A stretch of 64,000 nt of DNA. It comes from Podarcis gaigeae (taxonomy: Eukaryota). Below, piece after piece: positions 12,079 to 24,074 of this stretch (the stretch's first letter is position 1; each line of letters begins with the position of its first letter). The position numbers and the translations under genes were made by a program. Location of the stretch: assembly GCA_964106915.2 (NCBI GenBank), contig OZ066922.1, one strand, 5' to 3'. The notes under the pieces are model-generated. The model saw only the letters and a program-made list of their open reading frames with translations. It was not told the origin of the DNA and did not search any database.

Positions 12079-13595
12079 GAATTCTATGGGATTTATTTTT
12101 GAGCAAAGCCATTGCATGATGATCAAGTTATTATTTAAACCCAAATATGTAAAATGTTGGTGTGTGTTTTAATCTGTTCTAAAGTTATCACAGTTTTAAA
12201 TTTTTAAATATTTAAAATAGCTGTTTTAAACAATGAAATTTCCTGACAAGTTTTCAAAAATTCCCTTGATGTAGGCAATAATTGCTGGTAAGCCGGTGTT
12301 TGCCTAAATTAGGACACACCTAATCTTATGCTGAAGCATGTACTTTAGAAACTAAATGTTAAAAATGCCCTGTAAAGCACCATTGCCCTTCCCAATGGTA
12401 TGTGATAGCTTGGAACTAAATCCTGCATGCCTTTGTAATGGGAGCCATCCTTTATCATATGACTAATTCTGCTAAATCATCATATCCTCCCTAGATTTGT
12501 TGTCGTTGGGTACCTTTCTTGTGGGTTGAGCTACAGTGGAGGATAAACTAAGTAACTGGAGAATTAAATATAATGAAAATACAAAATACTGTATATATTT
12601 TGAAAATCTTGGCTGCCAGCAGGCCCTCTGTTGTCATATATACCGTCACTGACCAACACTGCCCTTATTCAAATAAGAACAAAAAGAGTGAATAGAAGTA
12701 AGACAGACCTTAAAGAAATCTGGAATAAACAAGTATAATGAATAATGATAATAATTGCAGTCACAGACTGGCTCATATGTGCTTTCAACTACTGAACGTG
12801 TGAAGCTCAGGGGTGGGTCAGGCACACCCAGTGCTTGCATACTTACTCCCACTCTTCATCAAAAGTCCTCACACATTTTCTTTTGAACACATGAACGGGG
12901 CTTATTTCTTTGACCTTATGAATTCTATGCTAACAAATATTTCAGGGTGTAATTGGTGCGTAAGGCTAGAGAACTGGAGTTTAGTTTACATATCTGACAA
13001 TACTTCTTAAGGATTCAGTAGCAATTATGGGCATGTGATAAGGGCTTTATGGGATCTAATTATCTCAGCAGAGGTCCTTTGCTTGTTGTTTTCCCATTAG
13101 GTTCAGAAGTGGTGTTTCACACAGAGAGACAGACAGACACTAGATATAGATTTTAGCACTTTTTTTTTTCACTTTCGAAGTGCCAAAATATGCTGAATTC
13201 AGAATAAGAATTCCAACTGCAGTGATAGCAGATCCCAATGAAGCAATAAAAATACAAATAGAGCAATAAAACATGAAAAGATGGATGTCCTATTAAAACC
13301 AATAAAAAGGCAGATTAAAAAGAGAAAGTTCAATATGCAGATAAAAAAATAAGACATTTTCGGCTCCCGAAAAAAAGTTGAACTTTCTTTTCCAGATCCA
13401 TAAATCGTGGTGTTACAGATTCTCTCCCACTTTCCTCAGGTTTGCAGAGTGTAGGGACTCTGCTTTGGATTTGTGTAGGGTTGACTCCGTAGCCTTTTCT
13501 TCTCCACAAGGTGAAGTTATACCACAAAGTGGCAGGTATGGATTTTCTCTCAGGGTGGACTCCTAAAGTCTTTCTCACAAATGACAAGGCATATA

Positions 13596-13835
13596 CAGTG
13601 GTACCTCTGGTTATGAACTTAATTTGTTCCAGAGGTCCGTTCTTAATCTGAAACCGTTCTTAACCTGACGTACCACTTTAGCTTATGGGGCCTCCCGCTG
13701 CTGCTGCCACCACTGCACAATTTCTGTTCTTATCCTGAGGTAAAGTTCTTAACCCGAGCTACTACTTCTGGGTTAGCCGAGTCTGTAACCTGAAGTGTTT
13801 GTAACCCAAGGTGTTTGTAACCCAAGGTACCACTG
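13596..13835. mobile_element. Tc1/mariner (pogo/Tigger-like) MITE
   Basis: TIR CAGTGGTACCT…AGGTACCACTG, TA TSD on both sides. Confidence 0.9.
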
Positions 13836-15175
13836 TATAGTGTGCTGTTGCAATAAAGTGGTGTACAGCATAATGAAACAACTGGACAACAGTTATCTTC
13901 CACTTGGCAATTTATGCCAAGCCTTCCTCCCCAGTTCTTCAGTTTTCCCTCTAGCCATCAATGTACATTCTCTGTCCACTAAGCACATTCATTTTCCATT
14001 GCACTGTTTTATCCCGCCCCCGCCCCCCCCCCCACTTTTAAGGGAGGGAGAGTGTACTCTCATGTTGCCACAACAAGGCACCTTTGCTTGATCCCTCCCA
14101 GGGACATGAGGCATTGAGAAAGCTCCCTGCTTCACTAGTAGTTCTCCCCACTCAGGGAGGGCAATGTGGGGCAGGTATAGCTAGAATCCTCGTTTTTGCT
14201 CATCCCCATTGCATACCGGTTGACTACAGAAGTAGAGCACCTTTTTATCTTCTTGAATTCATGCAAGTGAACTGCAGATTTTAAAAAGACTCGTGATTCA
14301 TATTGAAATAATACGCAAAGGAAGATATAAAATGGTTTGCTGGTTTTATGCCTAAAGTATTACATATGTTTCATAACCTATTCCTTCTGTTTTACCACCC
14401 AATAAGAGCTCATTCAAATGAGGAGGAGACATAAGGGTTAAGATGGTTCAGGTTTATAGGCATTCAGGCTAATATTGCATTATTTGCTGTGTTAATAAAA
14501 ATTAAAATGTTCCGGACAAATTAATCCCAGGCTTTATCTCATTAATGTCTATGGAATTATGCTAAAAATTGGATTTTTGTCCATTCTATAATACTTTTCA
14601 AAAGAAGGCAACTGATGAGATTTATTTGCAGTTAATGATTTCACTCAGTTTTTATCTCCCCGACGTGTTTTAATCATTTTTCTCTGTTGCTCCTAATTTT
14701 GTTTTCTATCCCATTCATAATAATGAGCAAAATAGGTTTTGTTCTTTTTCAGCTTGCTGCAGACTTGCATTCTCCTCTGCCAACATGGTATCTATGGTAC
14801 CCTCCTGATGTTCATTCCTATGAAACCCAGCCAAAATACCCAGTGGCTGGGGTGATGGAAGTAATAGTCCACAACATCTGAAGGGCACCATGTTGGCAAA
14901 CACTGTAAATAGTTATGGTTGAAGAAAGATACATTTTGTGAACAACTTTCCTATGATTTCTTATTGGTTTAAAAAATCAAGTTCAAATGATGGTTCATTC
15001 CTGCATCCTGTGAAAAAACTTGTACTCTGTTTTTGGTAAATTTGCACCCATTTTTGAAAGCATGTGAAAATATTGTGAAGTGGTGAACACTAAGGGTAGA
15101 GTAAAAGTTCATCTGGTGCCAAGGCAAGCAGGTCAACCTTGCTCCACACATGCTCAGTTGACTACTGGGGCAAAA

Positions 15176-15556
15176 GGGACATGGGTAGTGTTGTGGTCTA
15201 AACCACTGAGCCTCTTGGGCTTGCTGATCCGAAGGTCAGCGGTTCGAATCCCCACGACAGGGTGAGCTCCTGTTGCTCTGTCCCAGCTCCTGCCAACCTA
15301 GCAGCTTGAAAGCATGCCAGTACGAGTAGATAAATAGGAACTGCTGTGGTGGGAAGGTAAACTGTTTCCGTGAGCTCTGGTTTCTGTCACAGTGTCCCAT
15401 TGCACCAGACGCAGTTTAGTCATGCTGGCCACATGACCTGGAAAGCTGTCTGTGGACAAATGCCAGCTCACTTGGCCTGAAGCAAGATGAGCACTGCACC
15501 CCATAGTTGCTTTTGACTGGACTTAACTGTCCAGGGGCCCCTTACCCTTTTTTACC
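15176..15556 (+). mobile_element. Sauria SINE, full length
   Basis: 14-bp TSD CTACTGGGGCAAAA at 15162-15175 and 15557-15570; B-box GGTTCGAATCCC. Confidence 0.93.
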
Positions 15557-15632
15557 CTACTGGGGCAAAATATGCACTTTCAAAACAAAGTCCTGGTAGA
15601 CAATATTTTCATTGTGACAATATGGTGCCAGG

Positions 15633-16240
15633 AGAGGGCTGTAGCCCAGTGGTAGAGCATGGGCTTTTAAGGTCCGAGGTTAAATCCCTGGCATCTCCAG
15701 TTGGGACTGGGAGAGGCTGTTGGGAAACTGTGTACGTGCAGCTACTCACACAATTAAGGTTTGGCAGACAGCCAGAAGGCAATCTGAAGGAGTTAGTCTG
15801 CCTGGTGATAATGAAGACATGAAGACCGCTCCCTGATTGGTCAAGCTCTCTCAAGGGAGTGATAATTAATGGCCTACTAACTGGTAGTTCAGAGTTTGAA
15901 TTCAGAGTTCTGTGTCAGTGTAGGAGTTGTGAGTTGTATAAGAGAGAGCTAGCAAAAGATCTGTGTTCTGTTCCTGTAAATAGTCCACTGTATATAATAA
16001 ACACCTAACTACAAGTTCCTGGTTCCTGCTTTGTCTATCCTGTCTGCAGCCAAGTTGCCAATTGCTTCTTTGCTAGGTCTGGCTAAGGTCCTGCAACTAG
16101 TCAGAAAGTTGTGAAACACCAATAGGTTTTGCCAATAGAAGCTCCTGCCTGGAATCCTGGAGAGACACTAGTTGCCAATGTAGACAACACTGAGCTTGTT
16201 GGACCAGTGCTCTGACTCCGTGTAAGGCAAGTCCTATGAA
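15633..16240 (+). mobile_element. Old tRNA-derived SINE split by a solo LTR (related copies ~17935-18100, 21575-21665, 24100-24275, 43912-44085, 51665-51850)
   Basis: A-box TAGCCCAGTGGTAGAGC and GCATCTCCAG; resumes at ~16143 CCTGCCTGGAATCCTGGAGAG…TAAGGCAAGTCCTATG. Confidence 0.7.
15718..16137 (+). mobile_element. Solo LTR
   Basis: TGTTGG…CCAATA termini; 5-bp TSD GAGGC/GAAGC (1 mismatch); AATAAA 15996-16001; cleanly interrupts a SINE. Confidence 0.75.
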
Positions 16241-16249
16241 AAACACAGT

Positions 16250-16372
16250 ACTTCTTGGGTCTGATGAAGTGAGCTGTAGTCCACAGAAAAGTATGCCATA
16301 ATGAAATGCATTAGTATATAATGTGCCATAAGACTTCATTGTTTTTGCTGGAAAGAACTACCTCTCTGGAAA
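16250..16372 (+). mobile_element. Decayed Penelope-like 3' end with degenerate hammerhead core
   Basis: CTGATGAAGTGAGCTGTAGTCCACAGAAA followed by the TTAGT…GTGCCATAAGACT tail; a similar tail occurs at 63160-63225. Confidence 0.55.
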
Positions 16373-16399
16373 GTACCTCCAGAAGTTATTGAGGCTAGG

Positions 16400-16730
16400 A
16401 TTATGATGAGACTCTAGGGGGAAAGTGTTCTACAACTGTGAGTCAGACACTGAGGGTGCCATTCTGTGTGACCTTGCTTTTTGAGCTTGATGCATGGATG
16501 GTAGATTTGAGAATGTGCTGATAAAAGGTTGCGACGGAATAAATGAGAGCCAGTGGTCTGAATGATGGAGGGCTCAACCCATTAATGGCTTTACAGGTCA
16601 AAAACAACATATTGAATTGTACCCAGAGGACAAAAGGGAGCCAGTGCTGATATTAGTGCAATGGTGTGATGTTCTCTCGGTGTCTTAACCCCTTTGAGAT
16701 GAGTCAGGATGTTCTCCACCAGCTGGTAAA
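16400..16730 (-). mobile_element. Decayed L2 LINE fragment
   Basis: GGCTTTACAGGTCAAAAACAACATATTGAATTGTACCCAG…GGGAGCCAGTG resembles antisense L2 ORF2 3' region; no ORF remains. Confidence 0.5.
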
Positions 16731-18121
16731 GCTTTTAAACCATTACTGAAAGCAATCTCATAGAGAATGCATTACCGTCATTTATCCTTCAGAACAAACA
16801 TGATTGACAAGACATGAAGACAATCATGAGGGCAAGAAATGAATGACAGTCTTTCGATCCTGAAGTGATAGAAAAGGGGAAAGGGTTTATAAGACAAGCC
16901 TTGCAGACTTTACTTTGGCACCTGCCCAGAGTGAGTCAAGCCTTACAAAGGAGTGATAGAGGGGGATACTCACTTACAACCAAAGTGAGGGGGGCACCAG
17001 ATTAGAAGCATAGGAGGTTGCCATATGGGCATGCCTGCATCAAATTTGTCTACGCTCTCAAATACCAGGATAGCTCCAAAATGTGCATACTAGTGTGAAT
17101 CACAGGAAGAATAGCTTTTTAATTTATTCCACTTATCAGGTATTGAATTCATTTATTCACTTCACATCTACATTGTGCACACTACCTTCAACAAACCCTC
17201 CTGCCCCCCTTTTGTTCTATTTTATAGTTATAGTTGCACTGCAGTTGAATATCATTTTGTCTGCTGATGATTCCTATTAACTACCTTTACACCACTGATG
17301 ATATCAGCCTTAAGATGTTTCCTCCCTTAAGCCATTGTGGCATTGCCCCCTTCAGCTTCAAGCCAGCTTTCAGTAAATACAATATGAACCTTCCTCTTAG
17401 TTTGAAAAAAACTGCAAAACATCAATTCATTGCAAAGAATTTCACGCAAGCCTTTCTGCTTCGCATGTATTAAGTCGTATTATGACAAAATCACATGCAG
17501 GGCATTGATATTTTTCTTTATTTCAGTCAACCAGCAGGTCTAATAAACAGAGTACCCTAAGACTCTCTTGTGTGAGAGTCTGAATAATGTTTGCTTTGGA
17601 ATGTACATTCCTATTAACCATTCACAATGATGTGACAATCTTACATCACTTGGATGCTTGCTTATTTTCTGCCCTGTGTGTATTCCTTCGCATTGCCACT
17701 CAGAATTTGTAATGCATTATGTATATCTTGAGGTATGACTTTATTTTGGAATATTTATGTGCACACAAGTATCAGTGAGAGTCACCTTGAGCAAAGCACC
17801 ATCTGCAAAGAGATAATAAATAGCATTCATTCATAAAGTGGTTGCAGCATACTATTGTCACAATAGATATTTGGTTTCTGTACTGCTTCATGAGCAAAGG
17901 TGAGAATGCTTTGGAATAATTCACCATTGGTTTCCTATAGCTTAGTGGTACAGCCTCTGCTGAGGTCCCAGGTTCAATTCCCAGCATCTCCAGGTAGGGC
18001 TGGGAGAACCCCTGACTAAAATCCTGGAGATCTACTGTAGGCAGTATTGAACTAGATAGACTATTGGACTGATTCAGTATAAGGCAGCTTTCTGTGTTTC
18101 TACAGAATCATGTGACAAGGT

Positions 18122-18187
18122 GAAGAAGAAGAAGAAGAAGAAGAAGAAGAAGAAGAAGAAGAAGAAGAAGAAGAAGAAGAAGAAGAA
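18122..18187. repeat. (GAA)22 microsatellite
   Basis: Perfect trinucleotide run. Confidence 0.97.
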
Positions 18188-19699
18188 GGGGGAATTAAAT
18201 GCAATGGTACATTAGCAGGGTTGGGCTGCCAATCCTGGGCAGACATCAGTTGTCACAAATAAGAGCAGCTATCACATCAGCTCAGAGAAGATCAATGTAG
18301 AAAACTAAATGAAATCAGACAATGAATTGGACAGCATCCTTAAGTGACTCTGAGTATTAAGGTCCATGTTGAAACACCTGGGCCTGCCTGAACATCCATC
18401 CATCAAAACAGGTGGCATGAGAGAGTTGAATGAGTTCATGCACACAGCAGCATTAACACAGGACCTGTGACCTTCTAATCACATCTGTATAAATCTAAAT
18501 TCCTACTGCATTCAGTGATGTATATTTCTGTGCTGGCAATATCATGAGTTCAAGAGCTACATAGGGAATGCTCATGAAGTGTTAGCATCCTGTTGGTGAC
18601 TTTGCCTGGAAAGGGGATATTTTAAAGAAGCAGATAATAGAATTGTAGAGCTGGAATGGACACTGCAGATCATGTAGTCCAACTGAGCTATCCAGTGGTT
18701 CCCACTTCCCACCATAATGATCTGTCCATGTAACATTGTGATTGCAGGATACTGATGCCCTTTCCCATGATCATTTGGTGACACATGGTATTGTCAATGA
18801 GTGCATGCTCCGGAAACAGTTTTGACTTCTCACTTGGACTCAAAAGTTATCACAAGAACCAACACAAAGGGTCTAAGATTCATTGTTCAGCCACCTAACC
18901 CTTGGACTACATTGGCTTTCCATCTCACAGTTCTTGAAAGATAGAGAGACTACTGGCTCCTGTCTTTGAACAGGCTGAATGCTTTCATTGCCATAACTGC
19001 TCCCACGGTTATTGCACGATGCCTGAATTCATGTATAGGAAATAGGAATGGCATCTTTCAAGCGATGTTGTAGTTTTATAGCCCTTTATGGATCTGATTG
19101 CAATGAGTGCCCTGGGAATACAGAATTCATACAACATTATTCAAGCAGGACAAGGACAATCAGATGAGAGGCTTAGATATAGTGGAAACAGGAAAAAAAA
19201 TGACTGAAGAAATGAAAAGAAACAAGCAACTTTGGCCAAGGTTCCTAGGAAGCTACTTGTCAGTGATATAAATAGTCTTCAGCTAATGTAGAAAGTTTGC
19301 TTTTTAGCTCTCTGTTCTGTTTCTATTTTCACTTCTCTCACACACTTTCTCTTAAGCTACACTGTTCCTTGAAGGTTTTGCCATTTTCATTTTTTCCATG
19401 ATTTCCCGTGTATTAGATGCTGTGTTAGAAACTTGTCTCAGGAATATAATGCTGTATCCTCACAACTCCCAAATCAATTATATTTTTAATGAGATTTCTT
19501 TTTTTCCCTCTAAAAAAGGAAAAATAAAAATAAAGAATGCTTGAAATTGCATGTATTCTGGCTTTTCCTGATAAGAATGGTGAGCTCTTTGGGCATAAGA
19601 AGTCATCTGACAAGGAGGGTCACTCTAGACTGTCACTCTTTTGTGGGAGGGATTCAAATACACACCATAACTTTTGGATTGCACTCTGTTGCTCTCTTT

Positions 19700-19840
19700 T
19701 AAGCACCATAAACAAACTACAATTCCCTGGATTGTTGTTAACCACCCTTAAACTACAATTCACAGGATTGTTGTTAAACACCTTAAACCACAATTCCCAG
19801 GATTGTTGTTAAGATTCCTTAACAAACTACATTTCTTAGG
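19700..19840. repeat. ~35-bp tandem repeat, about 4 units
   Basis: AAACTACAATTCCCAGGATTGTTGTTAA-like unit repeated; related to the MITE motif AACTACAGTTCCCAGG at ~34175 and ~61970. Confidence 0.8.
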
Positions 19841-20688
19841 GGGCGCCATTTTCTGGTTTGCCTCAGGTAGCAAAATATCCTGGGCTGGCTCTGCCTAGGG
19901 CAATGTATCCACTTTTTAAAAAGAAAGAGGCATTTTGCAGTTAGTGATAACAAAATGTATTGAAAAATATAGGGTGAATGAATGATTAATGGGACAAGGT
20001 GTAAACACCAACAAACAAATCAGGATGTATGTCCACCTCATTTGTAGAACCAATTGGTGAAAATGTTCTGGGAGGCCTGTAAACGGCATCTTGGTAGTCA
20101 AGATAACCCTGGGACTAATTGTTATTTGCTGCAGGAAGGAGCTCATATATGTTTATCTGCTTTGAAGTCTTGAAGCCTTAGTTTTGGTTCAGTTAGTTGG
20201 GAAAGGAGAGGCTTCTCAATGCTGTCAGCTACTCCCTTATCTGAGAGATGGATGAGGCAGCCTCTTAGCCAGGGGTGAGTTAATTGGGCTGGCGATGCCA
20301 GTTTATGTAGCTTGCTTTATATTTAAGTAATGCTTAACCTGGACATGTCATGTGACTGCTTGCTGCTTTGGTGTCTCTCAAGAGTCTGTAGTGGCAGCAA
20401 AGCCTTTGCTGGTTGTGTTGTAAGTTTACTCTTCTAAAAATAAAAATAAATCACTACAACCAACCATTTTGAAGTTTTTCACATCTTTCTTCAGTATCCC
20501 TGCACCAAAACATTCACACGTGTCCTCCTTTGGGCCTATGGATCAGGACAGCGGTCTGCAAACAATTCAGAACAAATGCTCACTAGAGAATGGCCATAGT
20601 GGGCATTCAGATATGGGGATTATTGCTAGTGCTTCTGTCCCACTTTCTAAATTCCTTTTAAACTGCATAACCGATTGTGTTATGGAAT

Positions 20689-20997
20689 CAGGGCTGTCTT
20701 ACCCATAGGTGCTAGGGGTGTGGGGCACCCGGGCGCCGGGCTCTCAGGGGCACCAAGCCAAGAGTCCAGGGTCCGAGAGTTGAGTCTGGGGAAGAGCCTG
20801 CCTGTCAGTCAGAGTGCCACGACGGGCTTTTCTGCTACAGGCAGATCTGCACCACAAGTTCGGGCGGGACCGAGCCAGTGAGACGCTGAGGTGGCCGGCC
20901 AGCTCCGCCCTCCTGCGCACCTGGGACTGGGAAACTGGGGGAGGGGCTCTGGGCAGATCTTTGCACCCTGGCGCCGCATATACTTAAGACAGCCCTG
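20689..20997. mobile_element. hAT-family MITE, 309 bp
   Basis: 13-bp TIR CAGGGCTGTCTTA/TAAGACAGCCCTG; perfect 8-bp TSD TATGGAAT (20681-20688, 20998-21005); CpG-rich. Confidence 0.93.
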
Positions 20998-22129
20998 TAT
21001 GGAATTGTAGTTTTTTGATTGGTATAACACTATGTTGTGCTGAATTTCCTTCACACCAGTAAATGTGGTGTAACACAACAGCAGATGTCACTGGGCATGT
21101 CACCATCTTTAGCGCAGATGCGTGCTTCTGCTTTCCCATGATTCACCGATGAAAACAGTGGGAAAGTACTGTATGCTAGTTACTGCACCAAATTTCATCA
21201 CATTGTATGATGTATGAAAACTACAGGAAAATTACAGTGAAGAACTCCTATGACTTTCCTGATTAACAGGGATGCAGACAGATCCCCCCCCCCCAAGCAA
21301 TTAACACAGAAATGAGCACTTAACAACCACTAGCTTTGCTGAAGTGGCTTTCATGCCATGTGAAAGATCACAGAAAATGCAGAAATTATCAAGTGAGGAA
21401 ATGTCAGGAAAATGGAATAAAGTGCTGCTTAAATGCAGCTAGAGTCTAACCTCCATGTAAACTTTGTGCAAGTCAACCAGGATGAATGCTGAATAAATAG
21501 GCCATGTGGAGGATTCCATTGGCCTTAACCCCTTGCTGTCTACTCTGTTTGACAGCAAAGTCTGTAGGATCTCAGTCAGAGGCCTGTTTCATTACCTGCT
21601 TCTTAATCCTTTTTAAACTGGAGATGCTGGGAACACACAAAGCATCTGCTCTGCCACTTGCTATAGCTGCAATAATTTTGGAGACTGACATCTCCCCCAA
21701 TATGCCCCCTCTCTCTTTCCCTTTCTCTGTATCCGATAAGCATCTGGGGGAAAGGTAGGCTTTTCACAGCATTCATTTTTCTATCTTACAACATTATCTT
21801 TGCTAACCTCAGAAATAAACTATTTTTAAAGAACAAAAACCAGAACTTGAACACATTTTAGTATGAGTCATTGGCATTGCGTTGCTTGAAATATGATGAC
21901 TGGATTGTTATCCCTGCTAAACATACCAAACTCTATTTACATCAGAATAGCTTCATACTAGTAGTCAGTTCCATTAACTGCAATTCCCAGACAGGGATAA
22001 CACAAGGATGATGTTTAGATTTAGAGCAGCAAATGTAAACAAAACAAACTAAAAATGCAGAATGACTGTATTTTTGACACAGTACCAAATAATAGAAAAC
22101 AGGCCCCTTTGCAAATGGAGATTGATATC

Positions 22130-22460
22130 AGGTTCTCCAAGTGTCCCTATTTTCCATGTCCCTGATTTAGAGAAGCTGTCCTGGTTTCTGATTTGATCCT
22201 GGAATGTCCCGCTTTTCCTTAGGATGTCCCTACTTTCACTGGAGAAATATTGGAGGGTATGGAGTTATCTGATTCCCAAGCCGTCTGAAGGCAATCCTGA
22301 AATTTAATTGTTTTTAAATGTTTTATTATGTTTTTATATATGTTGGAAGCTGCCCAGAATGGCTGGGGCAACCCAGTAAGCTGTGTAGGGTATAAATAGC
22401 AAAATTATCATTATGGAATGGGACATCCCTATTTTCATGGAAGAAATGTTGGAGGGTATG
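22130..22460. mobile_element. Non-autonomous DNA transposon-like repeat with duplicated terminus and an embedded L2-like tail
   Basis: TCCCTA…GAAAT(A/G)TTGGAGGGTATG occurs twice (~22227-22261 and ~22426-22460); 22310-22410 matches the L2 tail at 53160-53240. Confidence 0.55.
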
Positions 22461-22933
22461 TGATATATGCTGATGAGACCAAGAGATTTGGGGTTATAGT
22501 CATGACTTTCCATATCAAGTCCCAGTCAGGTTTATGTGAAGGCTGTTACAAAGTGCTCAGTAAACATAACCATAATATCTGGATTAAAGCTTGCAGTGCA
22601 TAAGCCCAAACAGTCAATAACCATCATGGTAGCAGGATGTGGAATTGAAATGGAACAGTAACCTCATGGATTAGCAGTATACAAAAACAACTCAAACATG
22701 ACATCCCATTGGTACCATTGCAGTCTCCATTTCTGCCTGTCAAGTTTAAAGATCTGTGGCATCACCTTAATATATGCTACTTTAAATTCATCCCCCTAAA
22801 AATGTGTTATTCCCCAAGATGCAACCTCCAACACTCCCTGCACATTCCATTTGGTGACACTTTTTGGCAAATATAGTGAGATGGTTCCCTAATACCATAA
22901 TGCAACTCACTCAAATCTCTGGCTTGCTAGTTA

Positions 22934-22936
<3 letters not shown>

Positions 22937-22964
<28 letters not shown>
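22937..22964. repeat. (TG)n microsatellite
   Basis: Dinucleotide run. Confidence 0.95.
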
Positions 22965-22968
<4 letters not shown>

Positions 22969-23096
22969 GCACATGTATTTATTTCAGTCTCTCTTTTTCT
23001 ATATGGTAGTAGTCCTATGTAGTCCAGTTTCTATGTAGTCCATAGAAGGAAATAATATTAGTCCTTCCATCAGTCAAGAAAACTAGAACACCAGTA

Positions 23097-23341
23097 CAGT
23101 GGTACCTCAGGTTACAGATGCTTCAGGTTACAGACGCTTCAGGTTACAGACTCTGCTAACCCAGAAATAGTACCTCTGGTTAAGAATTTTGCTTCAGGAT
23201 GAGAACAGAAATCATGCTCCGGCAGCGCTGCGGCAGCAGCAGGACGCCCCATTACCTAAAGTGGTACCTCAGGTTAAGAACAGTTTCAGGTTCAGAATGG
23301 ACCTCCAGAACAAATTAACTTTTTAACCCGAGGTACCACTG
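23097..23341. mobile_element. Tc1/mariner MITE, same family as 13596-13835, opposite orientation
   Basis: TIR CAGTGGTACCTC…GAGGTACCACTG; TA TSD. Confidence 0.9.
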
Positions 23342-23368
23342 TACAAGATTCAGAAAGATACCACATTT

Positions 23369-23504
23369 NNNNNNNNNNNNNNNNNNNNNNNNNNNNNNNN
23401 NNNNNNNNNNNNNNNNNNNNNNNNNNNNNNNNNNNNNNNNNNNNNNNNNNNNNNNNNNNNNNNNNNNNNNNNNNNNNNNNNNNNNNNNNNNNNNNNNNNN
23501 NNNN
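23369..23504. other. Assembly gap (136 N)
   Basis: Run of N. Confidence 1.
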
Positions 23505-23666
23505 AAATCATGCAAAGGCTGTATTAAAAAGATAATCTAGAATAATCTAGAAGAGGATCAGTATGGGACGAGGAGGTAGCATTTGCAAAGGTGAAAGGAG
23601 TAAGATAAAATAAAAAAGAAATTTAGCAACATAGAATAATGCTGATGTATTAAATCTAAATGATAG

Positions 23667-24074
23667 TGTGATGGGATAATGAGCTGCTTGTGCGTAAAAG
23701 CTTGATCCCTCTGGGGTTTGGCTGGTCACCCAAACCTAGGCACTAACGGAGCCCCCAAAGCATGACTCCGTCAGTCGCTGGTAGAATCCGACAGTGGGCG
23801 TCTACGGAACTTACTCCAACATAAAAGTTGTTTGACGGACATGCGCCTCCTGGACTCTCTGCGTGACAGCTTCCGGCGAGGGGTGGGGGTTGCTAAAGGG
23901 GGTCTTGTTACCTCCTCACTGTTCTCACTAGAAGTATCCCAGAGCCTCTCCCCCGATTCCCTTTCCGCTGGAACTCCTGCTCTCCCCCTACTGGTTCCTT
24001 CTTCTGCTGTAGAGTCTCTCCTATTCTTCTGGAGCCTCTCCACCACCTGTCCCTCCGATGGCAGTTCCCTGACA
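23667..24074 (-). mobile_element. Solo LTR-like element (408 bp) containing a 100-codon open frame
   Basis: TG…CA termini; perfect 5-bp TSD GATAG (23662-23666, 24075-24079); CpG-rich. No AATAAA seen on the minus strand. Confidence 0.8.

Noticed and set aside
13420-13590. Micro-exon (…TCTCCACAAG|25 nt|GTATGG)
   Set aside because: Not frame-preserving and lies in what looks like a decayed interspersed repeat; no support.
16970-17085. Minus-strand exon ending at GTAAGT
   Set aside because: Weak exonic donor context, no clear acceptor, unrecognisable peptide.
19700-19840. CRISPR-like repeat array
   Set aside because: Vertebrate context, no unique spacers, no cas genes; it is a degenerate tandem repeat.
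20040-20460. Possible further solo LTRs (also ~58020-58380 and ~60250-60500)
   Set aside because: LTR-like texture, but no convincing TG..CA termini with TSD could be fixed.
23315-23515. ORF spanning X residues
   Set aside because: Artefact of the N gap.
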